DNA from: Octopus vulgaris
Taxonomy: Eukaryota
DNA: 64,000 nt
Direction: 5' to 3'
Assembly (NCBI GenBank): GCA_951406725.2
Contig: OX597836.1
Coordinates: 24,242,001 to 24,306,000 of the forward strand
The notes under the pieces are model-generated. The model was not told the origin of the DNA, did not search any database, and was given only the letters and a program-made list of their open reading frames with translations. Of this stretch, positions 62,179 to 64,000 are shown one piece after another. The position numbers and the translations under genes are program-made. Numbering within the stretch: position 1 is the stretch's first letter; every line of letters starts with the position of its first letter.

Positions 62179-62398
62179 GTGTGTGTGGGTCTGTGTTTGT
62201 CCCTCCATCAGCACTTGACAACCGGTGGTGGTGTGTTTACAGCCCCGTAACGTAGTGGTTCAGCAAATGTCCGACAGAATAAGTACTAAGAAGTACTAAG
62301 CTTCAAAACAATGTCCTGAGGTCAATTTGTTCTACTAAAACCTTTCAAGGTGGTGCACCAGCATGGCCGCATTCAAATGGCTGAAACAAGTAAGAGAA
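61952..62398 (+). mobile_element. SINE family A, diverged full copy
   Basis: Head to tail recognisable. Confidence 0.85.
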
Positions 62399-62536
62399 TA
62401 AACTTATTTCTGTCTCTCTTGTTTACGAAACAGACAGAAACAAGGAAAATGCCACTTGTATTTGAACATTATGCAAATATTCTTTCAAAAAACTTTTCTT
62501 TTAATTTCTCCAAATTTTAATTGTTTTCCATACTTA

Positions 62537-62572
62537 CAGTTGAAAAAGTCTCAATGACCGAAACCGGTACTG
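62537..62572 (+). ncRNA. Degenerate type-I hammerhead fold
   Basis: CAG-UUGAAAA-aGUC(UCAAU)GACc-GAAAC-CG-GUA-CUG; core mutated, stem I and palindromic stem III ACCGGU intact. Confidence 0.5.
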
Positions 62573-62768
62573 AAATGTTTTTTATAAAATTATTTTAGCA
62601 TTTTCTACCTTGACTTTTTTTCCATATATATCAACTCGTGTGTTCCTTTTAAACCTTCTACATATAAACATATATAAATATATATATATATACATACATA
62701 CATATATATATACATATATATATATATATGTTTGTGTATGTGTGTGTGTGTGTGTGTGTGTGAATATA

Positions 62769-62817
<49 letters not shown>

Positions 62818-63482
62818 CCAATGAATGATAATATTTATCCTAAACTATTTTCAAAATATCGTGAATTGGCCAATGTACAAAACACCGAGATATTTTTTTC
62901 TGTTTTTATTTTCTTTAACACTTTATAGCATTTGATAAAGCTGAGGAAATACATTCCCGGTAACCCACCCAAAATCGTTATTGTACCATTTCCAGACACT
63001 GCTCAGCAAGAAGTCTTGCAAATTGCTCATCATCAAAAAGCATTCGAAATTTCCCCTTCATGAATGTGTGTGCATATTACATATATAAGTATGTGCGCGT
63101 GTGTATGTGTGTGTGTGTGTGTGTATGTGTGAATTCTGTGTAATGATTCCTCTGTTTCTACCTGGACGATCGCCCAATCTCATAATAAACTCGCACATAT
63201 TGCTTCAGATTCATTACGGATCTGACACAGTAAGGATAATTTTCCTAACATTACCACATGTTAATTTTGATTTACATTCTTTCTCCCCACTATCCCCCTC
63301 TCCTTCGCCATCTCTCTCTCTCTCCCTCCCTCTCTCTCTCTCTCTATCCATCCATCTATCTATCTATCAATATATGTATAGTTTCTTCTTAATTCTTTTA
63401 CGCAATGGGGGACATACACAGACACAAACACACACACATACACATATATATATACATACATATATGTGTATGTGTGTGTGTA

Positions 63483-63522
<40 letters not shown>

Positions 63523-64000
63523 GTTGATAGCTCTACCTTCCAAATAGATGTCCGCACACACACAAAAAATATAAATAAATAAATCCGACAATTAATTATG
63601 GAAATATTTTTTTAACACTTAAATACAAAGTCAAAATTCACCAATCGATAGTAGACGCGCGATATAAAGCATGGAATTTACCGGGAGATAATGATTTAAT
63701 AATCATAAATCTAGTAATGAGGATTTTACCAGTTATAATATTACTACCATGATCCTTTGCAAAATATAACAACAATACGCTACAGCTGCCGTTTCGTGCA
63801 GAGGAGGTGTCTCAGAATGTCTTGAAATGTTTATGGATTTATAAAAGTTCTTGTTTCAGACTAAAATTTAGAAACTACTCAGGGAAATGCGGAAAGCCTT
63901 TCAAGTGATTACCTTAAGATATTGGAAGTTACTGGAAGAATCGTTAGAGCTTCGGACAAAATGACTTCCGTTATTCCTTCAGGCTTATTACGTTCTGAGT

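Overview
AT-rich eukaryotic non-coding DNA with very high microsatellite density ((TA)n, (CA)n, (GATA)n, (CATA)n), strongest from about 20 kb onward. The repeat style suggests an octopus or other coleoid genome (inference). Almost all ORF-track entries are translations of microsatellites or SINEs, and no intact gene is evident. The window holds three tRNA-headed SINE families, a CR1/L2-group LINE 3' fragment, a Tx1/L1-like 3' fragment, a decayed mariner, a hAT MITE with an 8-bp TSD, Tigger remnants and several Penelope-like (PLE) fragments. The most notable signals are: (i) a dispersed set of type-I hammerhead ribozyme folds in short modules beside (TA)n tracts, three of them built into fold-back inverted repeats; (ii) an HDV-like ribozyme fold at the 5' edge of an RTE-like non-autonomous element; (iii) a 3' stem-loop tail shared by a SINE and a LINE; (iv) a few candidate micro-exons. 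All calls were made by eye and coordinates of degenerate repeats are approximate.
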